Of a DNA stretch of 64,000 nt, positions 18,054-29,879 are shown piece by piece; the first letter of the stretch is position 1; each line of letters starts with the position of its first letter. The notes under the pieces were generated by a model. That model worked only from the letters and a program-made list of their open reading frames with translations, was not told the origin of the DNA and ran no database searches. The stretch comes from Escherichia phage Ec_YwIITB1: the sequence record PQ356294.1; one strand, given 5' to 3'. The position numbers were made by a program, and so were the translations under genes.

Positions 18054-18548
18054 ATGGAAGGTTCTTCTATCGACGTCACCTTTACCGCTCAATTAGAAAC
18101 AGGTGAAACGTTAGTATCTATAAATATAACTAGTTACGAAGAAACTCCTGGGGTTTTAGTAGAAGAAAATCGTTTATATGGAACGTATGAATCTGTGTTT
18201 GGATTTGGAAATGATGCGTTGAAATATCGTTTAGATAATGAATTTAAAACTGCTGCTTCATGGGAAGACCTTCCAACTGATTCTAATACCCAATTGTATT
18301 TATGGAAAGCTCCTCAGAACCTCCAGAAGACATTCACTTACGAAGTAACATTAATATATGACTACCAAGAACAAAGTGAATCTGGAGGTTCTGGTAGTAA
18401 TTCTAGGTCGTCTTCTGATACCACTGAACCAACGAATCCTCCAGCTCCAATAAGAAAAACTCTTGTTAAAAATTACACAAAAACTATAGTTGGAAATTGG
18501 AGTCGTTGGGCTAATAAATTGAGAAGCTACGTGTATGAGAGGCAATAA
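18054..18548 (+). CDS. 5.1: gp5.1-like hypothetical protein
   Basis: ORF track 17991..18548 overlaps gp5; ATG at 18054 has a GGAG RBS. Confidence 0.55.
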   Translation: MEGSSIDVTFTAQLETGETLVSINITSYEETPGVLVEENRLYGTYESVFGFGNDALKYRLDNEFKTAASWEDLPTDSNTQLYLWKAPQNLQKTFTYEVTLIYDYQEQSESGGSGSNSRSSSDTTEPTNPPAPIRKTLVKNYTKTIVGNWSRWANKLRSYVYERQ

Positions 18549-18842
18549 ATGTCAGGATTAAGCTATGATAAGTGTGTTACTGCTGGCCATGAAGCATGGC
18601 CTCCAACAGTTGTGAATGCTACACAAAGTAAAGTATTCACTGGAGGAATTGCTGTTCTCGTAGCAGGCGATCCAATTACAGAACATACAGAAATTAAAAA
18701 GCCATATGAAACACATGGCGGAGTGGCACAACCTAGAACTTCTAAGGTATATGTCACTGGAAAGAAAGCTGTTCAAATGGCTGATCCAATATCATGCGGT
18801 GATACAGTGGCTCAGGCATCATCTAAAGTATTCATTAAATAG
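18549..18842 (+). CDS. 5.4: gp5.4 spike tip protein (PAAR-like)
   Basis: 97 aa, same size and position as T4 gp5.4. Confidence 0.8.
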   Translation: MSGLSYDKCVTAGHEAWPPTVVNATQSKVFTGGIAVLVAGDPITEHTEIKKPYETHGGVAQPRTSKVYVTGKKAVQMADPISCGDTVAQASSKVFIK

Positions 18843-18850
18843 GATTTAAA

Positions 18851-20833
18851 ATGGCAAATACCCCTGTAAATTATCAATTAACAAGAACAGCAAATGCTAT
18901 TCCCGAGATATTCGTCGGGGGTACATTTGCTGAAATAAAACAAAACCTCATTGAGTGGCTTAATGGCCAAAATGAATTTTTGGATTATGATTTTGAAGGC
19001 TCAAGATTAAACGTTCTGTGTGACCTTTTGGCTTATAATACATTGTACATTCAGCAGTTTGGTAATGCTGCCTTGTATGAAAGCTTTATGCGTACTGCTA
19101 ATTTACGTAGTTCAGTAGTTCAAGCTGCACAAGATAATGGATATTTACCTACTTCAAAATCAGCTGCTCAAACTGAAATTATGCTAACTTGTACAGATGC
19201 ATTGAATAGAAATTACATTACTATTCCTCGTGGTACTCGCTTTTTAGCATATGCAAAGGATACTTCCGTTAATCCTTACAACTTTGTATCTACCGAAGAT
19301 GTTATTGCTATTCGTGATAAAAATAACCAATATTTTCCACGTTTAAAATTGGCCCAGGGGCGTATAGTAAGAACTGAAATCATTTATGATAAATTAACAC
19401 CTATTATCATTTATGACAAAAATATAGATAGAAACCAAGTTAAACTATACGTCGATGGAGCAGAATGGATTAACTGGACAAGAAAGTCAATGGTTCATGC
19501 TGGTTCTACATCAACAATTTACTACATGCGTGAAACTATTGATGGAAATACTGAGTTTTATTTTGGTGAAGGCGAGATTTCTGTTAATGCGGCAGAAGGA
19601 GCATTGACTGCTAATTATATTGGAGGTCTTAAACCTACCCAGAACTCTACGATTGTTATTGAGTACATCAGTACTAACGGTGCAGATGCGAATGGCGCAG
19701 TCGGATTTTCATATGCAGATACATTAACAAATATAACTGTCATCAACATTAATGAAAATCCAAACGATGACCCAGATTTTGTTGGGGCAGATGGCGGCGG
19801 TGATCCAGAAGATATTGAACGTATTCGCGAATTGGGTACTATTAAACGCGAAACCCAGCAACGCTGCGTAACTGCGACTGACTATGATACATTCGTTTCA
19901 GAGAGATTTGGTTCTATTATTCAAGCAGTTCAGACGTTCACTGATTCTACTAAACCTGGTTATGCATTTATTGCTGCTAAACCTAAATCAGGTCTGTATT
20001 TAACTACTGTACAGCGCGAAGATATTAAAAATTATCTCAAAGACTATAATTTAGCTCCTATTACGCCATCAATTATTTCTCCTAATTACCTTTTTATTAA
20101 GACTAATTTAAAAGTCACATATGCTTTAAATAAGCTGCAAGAATCCGAACAGTGGCTCGAAGGTCAAATAATTGATAAAATTGATCGTTATTATACCGAA
20201 GATGTAGAAATTTTTAACTCATCTTTCGCTAAATCTAAGATGTTGACATATGTAGATGATGCAGATCATTCTATCATTGGCTCATCCGCGACAATTCAAA
20301 TTGTTCGTGAAGTACAAAACTTCTATAAAACGCCTGAAGCAGGTATTAAATACAATAATCAAATAAAAGATCGTTCTATGGAATCTAATACGTTTTCATT
20401 TAATTCTGGACGAAAGGTTGTAAATCCTGATACTGGTTTAGAAGAAGATGTATTATATGACGTTCGCATAGTATCAACAGACCGAAATTCTAAAGGAATT
20501 GGTAAAGTTATTATTGGTCCATTTGCTTCTGGCGATGTTACAGAAAATAAAAACATTCGTCCGTATACAGGAAACGATTTTAACAAATTAGCAAATTCTG
20601 ATGGACGCGACAAATACTATGTTATCGGTGAAATAAATTATCCAGCTGATGTGATTTATTGGAATATCGCTAAAATTAATTTAACATCTGAAAAATTTGA
20701 AGTTCAGACCATCGAATTATATTCTGACCCAACCGATGATGTTATCTTTACTCGCGACGGTTCACTGATTGTATTTGAAAATGACTTACGTCCACAATAC
20801 TTAACTATCGATTTGGAGCCTATATCACAATGA
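18851..20833 (+). CDS. 6: gp6 baseplate wedge protein
   Basis: 660 aa, T4 gp6 length and position. Confidence 0.95.
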   Translation: MANTPVNYQLTRTANAIPEIFVGGTFAEIKQNLIEWLNGQNEFLDYDFEGSRLNVLCDLLAYNTLYIQQFGNAALYESFMRTANLRSSVVQAAQDNGYLPTSKSAAQTEIMLTCTDALNRNYITIPRGTRFLAYAKDTSVNPYNFVSTEDVIAIRDKNNQYFPRLKLAQGRIVRTEIIYDKLTPIIIYDKNIDRNQVKLYVDGAEWINWTRKSMVHAGSTSTIYYMRETIDGNTEFYFGEGEISVNAAEGALTANYIGGLKPTQNSTIVIEYISTNGADANGAVGFSYADTLTNITVININENPNDDPDFVGADGGGDPEDIERIRELGTIKRETQQRCVTATDYDTFVSERFGSIIQAVQTFTDSTKPGYAFIAAKPKSGLYLTTVQREDIKNYLKDYNLAPITPSIISPNYLFIKTNLKVTYALNKLQESEQWLEGQIIDKIDRYYTEDVEIFNSSFAKSKMLTYVDDADHSIIGSSATIQIVREVQNFYKTPEAGIKYNNQIKDRSMESNTFSFNSGRKVVNPDTGLEEDVLYDVRIVSTDRNSKGIGKVIIGPFASGDVTENKNIRPYTGNDFNKLANSDGRDKYYVIGEINYPADVIYWNIAKINLTSEKFEVQTIELYSDPTDDVIFTRDGSLIVFENDLRPQYLTIDLEPISQ

Positions 20834-23800
20834 CAGTAAAAGCACCTTCAGTCACTAGTCTCAGAATTTCCAAGTTATCCGCAAATCAGGTGCAAGTACG
20901 CTGGGATGACGTTGGTGCTAATTTCTACTATTTTGTAGAAATCGCTGAGACAAAGACGAACTCGGGGGAAAATCTCCCGAGTAATCAATATAGATGGATT
21001 AACTTAGGATATACTGCAAATAACAGCTTCTTTTTTGATGATGCTGACCCATTGACATCATACGTTATTAGAGTAGCTACAGCTGCACAAGATTTTGAGC
21101 AGTCTGATTGGATTTATACCGAAGAGTTTGAAACTTTTGCTACAAATGCTTATACATTTCAAAACATGATTGAAATGCAATTAGCCAATAAATTCATTCA
21201 GGAAAAATTTACTCTTAATAATTCTGATTATGTCAATTTTAATAATGACACTATAATGGCTGCATTGATGAATGAATCATTTCAGTTCAGTCCATCATAT
21301 GCTGATGTTTCATCAATAAGTAATTTTATTATTGGCGAAAATGAGTATCATGAAATACAAGGTTCTATTCAGCAAGTATGTAAGGATATTAATCGAGTTT
21401 ATTTGATGGAATCAGAAGGGATTTTATACCTTTTTGAGCGTTATCAACCTGTAGTTAAAGTATCCAATGATAAAGGTCAAACTTGGAAAGCTGTAAAGCT
21501 CTTCAATGACCGCGTAGGATATCCTTTATCTAAGACTGTATATTACCAATCTGCGAGCACAACATACGTTCTAGGATACGACAAGATTTTCTATGGCCGC
21601 AAATCGACTGATGTTAGATGGTCAGCTGACGATGTCAGATTTAGTTCGCAGGACATAACATTCGCTAAACTTGGTGATCAACTTCATTTGGGATTTGATG
21701 TTGAAATCTTTGGTACTTATGCTACATTACCTGCAAATGTGTATCGTATAGCTGAAGCTATTACTTGCACCGATGATTACATTTACGTTGTCGCCAGAGA
21801 CAAAGTTAGATACATAAAAACGAGCAATGCACCTATAGATTCTGATCCATTATCTCCAACATATTCAGAAAGGCTATTTGAACCTGATACAATGACTATA
21901 ACCGGAAATCCTAAAGCAGTATGCTATAAAATGGATTCTATTGGTGATAAAGTTTTTGCTCTTATTATCGGCGAAGTTGAAACATTAAATGCTAATCCTA
22001 GAACGTCAAAAATAATTGATTCTGCTGATAAAGGAATATATGTTTTAAATCACGACACAAAAACGTGGAAAAGAGTTTTTGGCAACACTGAAGAAGAAAG
22101 AAGACGTATTCAACCTGGGTACGCGAATATGTCAACTGATGGTAAATTAGTTTCTCTATCTTCGAGTAATTTTAAATTTTTAAGTGATAATGTTGTTAAT
22201 GACTCTGAAACTGTCGCAAAATATCAGTTAATCGGTGCTGTTAAATATGAATTTCCTCGTGAATGGTTAGCTGATAAGCATTATCATATGATGGCATTTA
22301 TAGCAGATGAAAAGTCTGATTGGGAAACTTTTACGCCTCAGCCGATGAAATACTACGCAGAACCATTCTTTAACTGGTCTAAAAAGTCTAATACACGGTG
22401 CTGGATAAACAACTCTAATAGGGTTGTGGTAGTTTATGCAGATTTAAAATATACTAAAGTTATAGAAAATATTCCGGAAACATCGCCAGATAGATTAGTT
22501 CATGAATACTGGGATGATGGCGATTGTACTATAGTAATGCCAAACGTTAAATTCACGGGATTTAAAAAATATGCGTCTGGGATGCTTTTTTATAAATCCT
22601 CTGGTGAAATAATTTCTTATTATGATTTTAACTATCGAGTGAGAGACACGGTTGAAATAATTTGGAAGCCAACTGAAATATTTTTAAAAGCATTTTTACA
22701 AAACCAAGAGCATGAAACTCCTTGGTCACCAGAAGAAGAGCATGGATTAGCTGACCCTGATTTAAGACCATTGATTGGCACAATGATGCCTGATTCTTAT
22801 TTACTACAAGATTCGAATTTTGAGGCATTTTGCGAAGCATATATTCAATATCTTTCTGATGGATATGGAACTCAGTATAACAATTTACGAAATTTAATTC
22901 GTAACAAATATCCACGAGAAGAGCATGCGTGGGAGTATTTGTGGTCAGAGATATATAAAAGAAACATTTATTTAAATGCTGACAAACGTGATGCTGTTGC
23001 AAGATTTTTCGAATCACGTAGCTATGATTTTTATTCTACTAAAGGAATTGAAGCATCATATAAATTTCTTTTTAAAGTTCTTTATAATGAAGAGGTTGAA
23101 ATTGAAATTGAATCTGGTGCTGGTACTGAATACGATATAATCGTTCAATCTGATTCTTTAACTGAAGACTTGGTAGGACAAACGATTTATACAGCTACAG
23201 GAAGATGTAATGTTACTTATATAGAAAGAAGTTATTCTAATGGTAAATTGCAATGGACCGTAACTATTCATAATCTTTTGGGAAGATTAATTGCTGGTCA
23301 AGAAGTTAAAGCAGAAAGACTCCCTAGTTTTGAAGGCGAAATTATTCGTGGAGTTAAAGGAAAGGATTTGCTTCAAAACAATATAGACTATATTAATAGA
23401 AGTAGATCATACTATGTAATGAAAATTAAATCCAATTTACCTTCTTCCCGCTGGAAATCTGACGTTATTCGTTTTGTTCATCCAGTAGGATTTGGATTTA
23501 TAGCAATTACCCTTTTAACGATGTTTATTAATGTTGGTTTAACTCTTAAACATACAGAGACCATAATTAATAAATACAAAAACTATAAATGGGATTCTGG
23601 ATTGCCTACTGAATATGCTGATAGAGTAGCTAAATTAACTCCAACCGGTGAAATTGAGTATGATTCAGTAACAGGCGAAGCAATTTATGAGCCTGGCCCA
23701 ATGGCTGGTGTAGAATATCCTCTTCCTGATGACTATAATGCTGAAAATAATAATTCAATATTTCAAGGTCAATTGCCTTCTGAACGACGCAAGTTAATGA

Positions 23801-23928
23801 GTCCTCTATTTGACGCATCTGGAACAACATTTGCACAGTTTAGGGATTTAGTTAATAAACGTCTAAAAGATAATATAGGAAATCCAAGAGACCCTGAAAA
23901 TCCAACACAGGTTAAAATAGATGAATGA
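20830..23928 (+). CDS. 7: gp7 baseplate wedge protein
   Basis: 1032 aa, T4 gp7 length and position. Confidence 0.95.
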   Translation: MTVKAPSVTSLRISKLSANQVQVRWDDVGANFYYFVEIAETKTNSGENLPSNQYRWINLGYTANNSFFFDDADPLTSYVIRVATAAQDFEQSDWIYTEEFETFATNAYTFQNMIEMQLANKFIQEKFTLNNSDYVNFNNDTIMAALMNESFQFSPSYADVSSISNFIIGENEYHEIQGSIQQVCKDINRVYLMESEGILYLFERYQPVVKVSNDKGQTWKAVKLFNDRVGYPLSKTVYYQSASTTYVLGYDKIFYGRKSTDVRWSADDVRFSSQDITFAKLGDQLHLGFDVEIFGTYATLPANVYRIAEAITCTDDYIYVVARDKVRYIKTSNAPIDSDPLSPTYSERLFEPDTMTITGNPKAVCYKMDSIGDKVFALIIGEVETLNANPRTSKIIDSADKGIYVLNHDTKTWKRVFGNTEEERRRIQPGYANMSTDGKLVSLSSSNFKFLSDNVVNDSETVAKYQLIGAVKYEFPREWLADKHYHMMAFIADEKSDWETFTPQPMKYYAEPFFNWSKKSNTRCWINNSNRVVVVYADLKYTKVIENIPETSPDRLVHEYWDDGDCTIVMPNVKFTGFKKYASGMLFYKSSGEIISYYDFNYRVRDTVEIIWKPTEIFLKAFLQNQEHETPWSPEEEHGLADPDLRPLIGTMMPDSYLLQDSNFEAFCEAYIQYLSDGYGTQYNNLRNLIRNKYPREEHAWEYLWSEIYKRNIYLNADKRDAVARFFESRSYDFYSTKGIEASYKFLFKVLYNEEVEIEIESGAGTEYDIIVQSDSLTEDLVGQTIYTATGRCNVTYIERSYSNGKLQWTVTIHNLLGRLIAGQEVKAERLPSFEGEIIRGVKGKDLLQNNIDYINRSRSYYVMKIKSNLPSSRWKSDVIRFVHPVGFGFIAITLLTMFINVGLTLKHTETIINKYKNYKWDSGLPTEYADRVAKLTPTGEIEYDSVTGEAIYEPGPMAGVEYPLPDDYNAENNNSIFQGQLPSERRKLMSPLFDASGTTFAQFRDLVNKRLKDNIGNPRDPENPTQVKIDE

Positions 23929-24925
23929 TTCAAGTGTTATCTATCGTGCGATAGTTACTTCAAAATTTAGAACAGAAAAAATGTTGAATTTTTATAATTC
24001 AATTGGGAGTGGTCCGGATAAAAACACTATCTTTATCACATTTGGAAGATCAGAACCGTGGTCATCAAATGAAAATGAGGTGGGCTTTGCTCCACCTTAT
24101 CCTACCGATTCCGTATTAGGTGTAACTGACATGTGGACTCATATGATGGGAACCGTAAAGGTTCTTCCATCTATGCTTGATGCGGTTATTCCTCGTAGAG
24201 ATTGGGGAGATACTAGATATCCGGATCCATACACATTTAGAATTAACGATATTGTAGTATGTAACTCAGCTCCTTACAATGCTACTGAATCAGGCGCAGG
24301 CTGGCTAGTATATCGTTGTTTAGATGTTCCTGACACAGGAATATGCTCAATAACATCTTTGACTGACAAAGATGAATGCATTAAGTTAGGTGGAAAATGG
24401 ACTCCTTCTGTTAGGTCAATGACTCCTCCTGAAGGTCGAGGAGACGCGGAAGGAACAATCGAACCTGGAGACGGATATGTTTGGGAATATCTTTTTGAGA
24501 TTCCGCCTGATGTATCTATAAATAGATGCACAAATGAATATATCGTGGTTCCTTGGCCTGAGGAATTAAAAGAAGACCCAACTAGATGGGGGTATGAAGA
24601 TAATCTCACTTGGCAACAAGATGATTTTGGATTAATTTATCGCGTTAAGGCAAATACTATCCGTTTTAAAGCATATTTAGATTCAGTTTATTTTCCTGAG
24701 GCTGCATTGCCGGGAAATAAAGGATTTAGACAAATATCAATAATCACGAATCCTCTTGAAGCTAAAGCTCATCCAAATGACCCAAACGTTAAAGCTGAAA
24801 AAGATTATTATGATCCGGAAGATTTAATGAGGCATTCGGGCGAAATGATTTATATGGAAAATAGGCCACCTATTATCATGGCAATGGATCAAACAGAAGA
24901 AATCAATATTCTGTTTACATTTTAA
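23921..24925 (+). CDS. 8: gp8 baseplate wedge protein
   Basis: 334 aa, T4 gp8 length and position. Confidence 0.95.
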   Translation: MNDSSVIYRAIVTSKFRTEKMLNFYNSIGSGPDKNTIFITFGRSEPWSSNENEVGFAPPYPTDSVLGVTDMWTHMMGTVKVLPSMLDAVIPRRDWGDTRYPDPYTFRINDIVVCNSAPYNATESGAGWLVYRCLDVPDTGICSITSLTDKDECIKLGGKWTPSVRSMTPPEGRGDAEGTIEPGDGYVWEYLFEIPPDVSINRCTNEYIVVPWPEELKEDPTRWGYEDNLTWQQDDFGLIYRVKANTIRFKAYLDSVYFPEAALPGNKGFRQISIITNPLEAKAHPNDPNVKAEKDYYDPEDLMRHSGEMIYMENRPPIIMAMDQTEEINILFTF

Positions 24926-24928
24926 ATT

Positions 24929-24955
24929 AAGGGAGCCCATGGGCTCCCTTTTTTC
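24929..24955 (+). terminator. intrinsic terminator after gene 8
   Basis: Hairpin gggagccc-atg-ggctccc followed by TTTTTTC. Confidence 0.6.
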
Positions 24956-24957
24956 TT

Positions 24958-24965
24958 TATAAATA
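24958..24965 (+). promoter_or_regulatory. late promoter for gene 9
   Basis: TATAAATA 25 nt upstream of the gene 9 ATG. Confidence 0.6.
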
Positions 24966-24989
24966 CTATAAACTCATAAGGAAACCGCT

Positions 24990-25856
24990 ATGTTCATTCA
25001 AGAACCAAAGAAATTGATTGATACCGGCGAAATTGGTAACGCTTCTACTGGTGATATCTTATTCGACGGTGGTAATAAAATTAATAGTGATTTTAACGCA
25101 ATTTATAATGCGTTTGGCGATCAGCGCAAAATGGCAGTAGCAAATGGAACTGGAGCAAATGGCCAAATTATCCATGCTACTGGATATTATCAAAAGCACT
25201 CTATAGCAGAGTACGCAACTCCAGTAAAAGTTGGCACTAGACATGATATTGATACCTCTACTGTAGGTGTTAAAGTTATCATTGAAAAAGGCGAACTTGG
25301 CGACTGTGTTGAATTTATTAACTCAAATGGATCAATATCAGTTACTAATCCTTTAACAATTCAGGCTATTGATTCAATCAAAGGCGTTTCGGGTAATTTG
25401 GTAGTAACTAGCCCATACAGTAAAGTTACTTTACGATGTATTTCATCTGATAATTCTACATCGGTTTGGAATTATTCTATTGAAAGCATGTTTGGACAAA
25501 AGGAATCACCAGCTGAAGGTACATGGAATATTTCTACATCTGGATCAGTTGACATTCCACTATTTCACCGCACTGAATATAACATGGCTAAATTGTTAGT
25601 TACGTGCCAATCAATAGATGGAAGAAAAATTAAAACAGCAGAAATAAATATTCTTGTGGATAATGTTAATTCAGAGGTCATTTCTTCTGAATATGCTGTC
25701 ATGCGAGTTGGGAATGAAACTGAAGAAGACGAAATCGCTAATATTGCATTTAGTATTAAAGAAAATTATGTAACGGCGACTATAAGTTCTCCAACTGTCG
25801 GTATGAGAGCAGCAGTTAAAGTTATCGCTACGCAGAAAATCGGGGTGGCTCAATAA
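24990..25856 (+). CDS. 9: gp9 baseplate wedge protein (long tail fiber socket)
   Basis: 288 aa, T4 gp9 length and position. Confidence 0.95.
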   Translation: MFIQEPKKLIDTGEIGNASTGDILFDGGNKINSDFNAIYNAFGDQRKMAVANGTGANGQIIHATGYYQKHSIAEYATPVKVGTRHDIDTSTVGVKVIIEKGELGDCVEFINSNGSISVTNPLTIQAIDSIKGVSGNLVVTSPYSKVTLRCISSDNSTSVWNYSIESMFGQKESPAEGTWNISTSGSVDIPLFHRTEYNMAKLLVTCQSIDGRKIKTAEINILVDNVNSEVISSEYAVMRVGNETEEDEIANIAFSIKENYVTATISSPTVGMRAAVKVIATQKIGVAQ

Positions 25857-27664
25857 TGAAACAAAATATTAATATCGGTAATGTTGTTGATGATGGTACC
25901 GGTGACTACCTGCGTAAAGGTGGTATAAAAATAAATGAAAACTTTGATGAACTTTATTATGAGCTTGGCGATGGAGATGTTCCATATTCAGCCGGTGCCT
26001 GGAAAACTTATGATGCTTCATCCGGTCAAACACTAAAAGCTATGTGGGGGAAATCATACGCTATTAATACCTCTTCTGGAAGAGTATTTATAAATCTTCC
26101 AAAAGGAACTGTCAATGATTATAATAAAGTAATTAGAGCTAGGGATGTATTTGCAACATGGAACGTTAACCCAGTTACTTTGGTAGCTGCTTCCGGGGAT
26201 ACAATTAAAGGGTCTGCAGTACCATCAGTTGAAATTAATGTTCAATTCAGTGATTTAGAGCTCGTTTATTGCGCTCCAGGACGTTGGGAGTATGTCAAAA
26301 ACAAACAAATTGATAAAATTATTAGTTCAGATATTAGTAATGTAGCTCGCAAAGAATTTTTAGTAGAAGTCCAAGGGCAAACAGACTTTTTAGATGTTTT
26401 CCATGGAACTAGTTATAACGTAAATAACATCAGAGTAAAACACCGCGGTAACGAATTATATTACGGCGATGTATTTAGTGAAAACAGTGACTTTGGCTCT
26501 CCGGGGGAAAATGAAGGAGAATTAATTCCTCTTGATGGATTTAATATTCGATTAAGACAGCCTTGTAATATTGGCGATACTGTTCAAATTGAAACGTTTA
26601 TGGATGGCGTATCACAGTGGAGAAGTTCATATACAAGACGTCAAATTAGAGTGTTAGATTCAAAATTAACGTCAAAGACTTCTTTAGAAGGAAGCATTTA
26701 CGTTACTGATTTATCAGCGATGAAATCAATTCCATTCTCTGCGTTTGGATTAATTCCTGGCGAACCCATTAATCCTAATTCTCTCGAGGTTCGTTTTAAT
26801 GGAATTTTACAGCAACAGGCTGGAACAGCTGGGTATCCTCTGTTTTTGTGCGAAGGCGCTAATTCAGATACGCAAGAAGGATGTATATCTCTTGGTGGCG
26901 AATGGAAAGAATCAAACACAGATTATTCTATAGAATATGAAGATGGAAAACCTACAAGTCTTTTATTTGATAGAAAATTTGAATCAGGCGATATAATCGT
27001 TATAACGTGGTTCAATAATGATTTAGGAACTCTTTTAGAAAAAGATGACATCATTGAATTAACGGATGACCGTTATGTTAGTAAAGGATCATCTACCGAA
27101 GTTACTGGTGATGTAGCCTTAACGGATTTTGATAAAATCGGTTGGCCAAATGTTGAAAAAGTTGATTCTTATACTAGAACGTATAATTCAATATCATCTA
27201 TTTTCGATAGCATTTATCCTGTAGGTTCAATTTATGAAAATGCTATAAACCCAAATAATCCGGTGACTTATATGGGGTTTGGTTCGTGGAAATTATTTGG
27301 TAAAGGACAAGTTTTAGTAGGATGGAATGATGATGTTACAGATCCAAACTTTGCATTAAACAATAATGATTTAGATTCTAGCGGAAATCCTTCACATACT
27401 GCCGGTGGAACAGTTGGAACAACGTCAGTAACGCTTGAAAATGCAAATCTTCCTGCGACTAAAACTGACGAAAGAGTTTTAATTGAAGATGAAAATGGAT
27501 CAGTTATTATTGGAGGTTGTCAATATGACCCAGATGAAACTGGTCCTATATATACAAAATATCGTGAAGACTATGCAACAACAAACTCTTCACATACTCC
27601 TCCTGCTAATATTAGTAATATTCAACCGTCTATTACTGTATACCGTTGGATAAGGATTGCATAA
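25856..27664 (+). CDS. 10: gp10 baseplate wedge protein
   Basis: 602 aa, T4 gp10 length and position. Confidence 0.95.
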   Translation: MKQNINIGNVVDDGTGDYLRKGGIKINENFDELYYELGDGDVPYSAGAWKTYDASSGQTLKAMWGKSYAINTSSGRVFINLPKGTVNDYNKVIRARDVFATWNVNPVTLVAASGDTIKGSAVPSVEINVQFSDLELVYCAPGRWEYVKNKQIDKIISSDISNVARKEFLVEVQGQTDFLDVFHGTSYNVNNIRVKHRGNELYYGDVFSENSDFGSPGENEGELIPLDGFNIRLRQPCNIGDTVQIETFMDGVSQWRSSYTRRQIRVLDSKLTSKTSLEGSIYVTDLSAMKSIPFSAFGLIPGEPINPNSLEVRFNGILQQQAGTAGYPLFLCEGANSDTQEGCISLGGEWKESNTDYSIEYEDGKPTSLLFDRKFESGDIIVITWFNNDLGTLLEKDDIIELTDDRYVSKGSSTEVTGDVALTDFDKIGWPNVEKVDSYTRTYNSISSIFDSIYPVGSIYENAINPNNPVTYMGFGSWKLFGKGQVLVGWNDDVTDPNFALNNNDLDSSGNPSHTAGGTVGTTSVTLENANLPATKTDERVLIEDENGSVIIGGCQYDPDETGPIYTKYREDYATTNSSHTPPANISNIQPSITVYRWIRIA

Positions 27665-28323
27665 TGAGTTTACTTAATAATAAAGCGGGAGTTATTTCCC
27701 GCTTAGCAGATTTTCTTGGTTTTAGAACTAAGAAAAATGATATTTCGGTTATGAATAATCAGCCAGTAGGTGCTGTAACAATTTCACAAATAGCAAAAGG
27801 GTTTTATGACCCAAATGTAGAATCTGCTATTAATGATGTTAGAAATATGGCAGAGCAACAGGTTGGAGCTGTATTAGTTAATATAAGTGGCGTATCTCCT
27901 ACTGGCGTGCAGCAAACAGACTATTGGTCATTTGAAGGAACTGTCAATGATACTTCAGCCAAACCAGGTGACCCGGTTATTGTTAACATGTTTGGCATTC
28001 CTGTTAAAGCTACTAATGGAATGACTTCAATCGAATTTACCAGTGCCGTTAGAACAGCTCTACAGGAAATGGTTGCAAAATTTATTGCAATTGATTCATT
28101 TGAAGACCATCCTACCATAGGAAATAAAATACAAGTTAAGTATTTAGATAACCAAGAACATATCTTAGAACAATACTCTGATAAAGGAATTACTTTCAAA
28201 CAAGAAATAATTTCTCCTTCTAAACCTGGGTATGGAACTTGGCAATTATTAGGTGCGCAAACTGTTACGCTAGATAGTCACACACAACCTACAGTATTTT
28301 ATTATTTTGAGAGAATAGCATGA
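27664..28323 (+). CDS. 11: gp11 baseplate wedge protein (short tail fiber attachment)
   Basis: [23 protein letters not shown] at the ATGA overlap with gp10 stop gives 219 aa, the T4 gp11 length (ORF track extends upstream to 27646). Confidence 0.9.
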   Translation: MSLLNNKAGVISRLADFLGFRTKKNDISVMNNQPVGAVTISQIAKGFYDPNVESAINDVRNMAEQQVGAVLVNISGVSPTGVQQTDYWSFEGTVNDTSAKPGDPVIVNMFGIPVKATNGMTSIEFTSAVRTALQEMVAKFIAIDSFEDHPTIGNKIQVKYLDNQEHILEQYSDKGITFKQEIISPSKPGYGTWQLLGAQTVTLDSHTQPTVFYYFERIA

Positions 28324-29870
28324 GTAACAATACATATCAGCACGTATCAAATGAATCAAAATATGTTAAATTCGATCCTACTGGATCGAATTTTCCTGAC
28401 ACTGTCACGACAGTGCAGTCTGCATTATCAAAAATAAGTAATATCGGCGTAAATGGTATTCCTGATGCAACTATGGAAGTTAAAGGAATAGCAATGATTG
28501 CGTCAGAACAAGAGGTTTTAGATGGAACTAATAACTCTAAAATCGTTACACCAGCTACATTAGCAACAAGATTATTGTATCCAAATGCTACTGAAACTAA
28601 ATATGGTTTAACGCGCTATTCAACAAATGAAGAAACTTTAGAAGGCTCAGATAATAATTCGTCGATAACTCCACAAAAATTGAAATACCATACTGACGAT
28701 GTATTCCAAAACAGGTATTCATCTGAATCATCAAATGGAGTTATTAAAATATCATCTACACCTGCGGCTTTGGCTGGTGTAGATGATACTACGGCAATGA
28801 CTCCATTAAAAACCCAAAAACTTGCAATAAAATTAATTTCACAAATAGCTCCTTCAGAAGACACAGCATCAGAATCTGTTAGAGGTGTAGTTCAGTTATC
28901 AACTGTCGCTCAAACTCGTCAAGGAACTCTTCGCGAAGGATATGCAATTTCCCCATATACCTTTATGAATTCCGTTGCAACACAAGAATATAAGGGTGTT
29001 ATACGTTTAGGAACGCAGTCGGAAATTAACAGTAATTTGGGAGATGTTGCAGTAACAGGCGAAACATTAAATGGTCGAGGAGCTACTGGTTCTATGCGCG
29101 GTGTAGTAAAATTAACGACGCAAGCCGGTATTGCCCCTGAAGGTGATAGCTCTGGAGCATTAGCGTGGAACGCAGATGTAATTAATACTCGTGGTGGACA
29201 AACTATTAATGGTTCTTTAAATTTAGACCATCTTACAGCAAATGGAATTTGGTCACGCGGTGGAATGTGGAAAAATGGCGATCAACCTGTTGCCACTGAA
29301 AGATATGCGTCCGAAAGGGTTCCAGTTGGAACTATTATGATGTTTGCGGGTGATTCAGCACCTCCAGGTTGGATTATGTGTCACGGTGGAACCGTGTCAG
29401 GTGACCAATTTCCTGATTATAGAAACGTAGTTGGATCAAGATTTGGTGGTGATTGGAATAATCCTGGTATTCCTGATATGCGAGGTCTTTTCGTCAGAGG
29501 AGCCGGTACTGGCGGTCATATTTTAAATCAACGAGGACAAGATGGTTATGGAAAGGATAGACTTGGTGTAGGATGTGACGGAATGCATGTTGGTGGTGTC
29601 CAGGCACAACAAATGTCATACCATAAACACGCCGGTGGTTGGGGAGAACATAACAGAAGTGAAGGCCCATTTGGCGCGTCAGTTTATCAAGGATATCTTG
29701 GAACTAGAAAATATGCCGACTGGGATAATGCTTCATACTTCACTAATGATGGATTTGAATTAGGTGGACCGAGAGATGCTCATGGTACACTTAATCGTGA
29801 AGGATTAATTGGTTATGAAACTAGACCATGGAATATATCATTAAACTATATTATTAAAATTCATTACTAA
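28320..29870 (+). CDS. 12: gp12 short tail fiber
   Basis: 516 aa at the T4 gp12 position. Confidence 0.9.
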   Translation: MSNNTYQHVSNESKYVKFDPTGSNFPDTVTTVQSALSKISNIGVNGIPDATMEVKGIAMIASEQEVLDGTNNSKIVTPATLATRLLYPNATETKYGLTRYSTNEETLEGSDNNSSITPQKLKYHTDDVFQNRYSSESSNGVIKISSTPAALAGVDDTTAMTPLKTQKLAIKLISQIAPSEDTASESVRGVVQLSTVAQTRQGTLREGYAISPYTFMNSVATQEYKGVIRLGTQSEINSNLGDVAVTGETLNGRGATGSMRGVVKLTTQAGIAPEGDSSGALAWNADVINTRGGQTINGSLNLDHLTANGIWSRGGMWKNGDQPVATERYASERVPVGTIMMFAGDSAPPGWIMCHGGTVSGDQFPDYRNVVGSRFGGDWNNPGIPDMRGLFVRGAGTGGHILNQRGQDGYGKDRLGVGCDGMHVGGVQAQQMSYHKHAGGWGEHNRSEGPFGASVYQGYLGTRKYADWDNASYFTNDGFELGGPRDAHGTLNREGLIGYETRPWNISLNYIIKIHY

Positions 29871-29879
29871 GGATTACAA

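Noticed and set aside
22628-23017. 129-aa minus-strand ORF inside gene 7, and similar antisense ORFs in the track (e.g. 284..496, 16543..16743, 24274..24609, 42680..43024, 45375..45623)
   Set aside because: Fully embedded antisense in conserved structural genes with no start signals; typical spurious ORFs in AT-rich DNA
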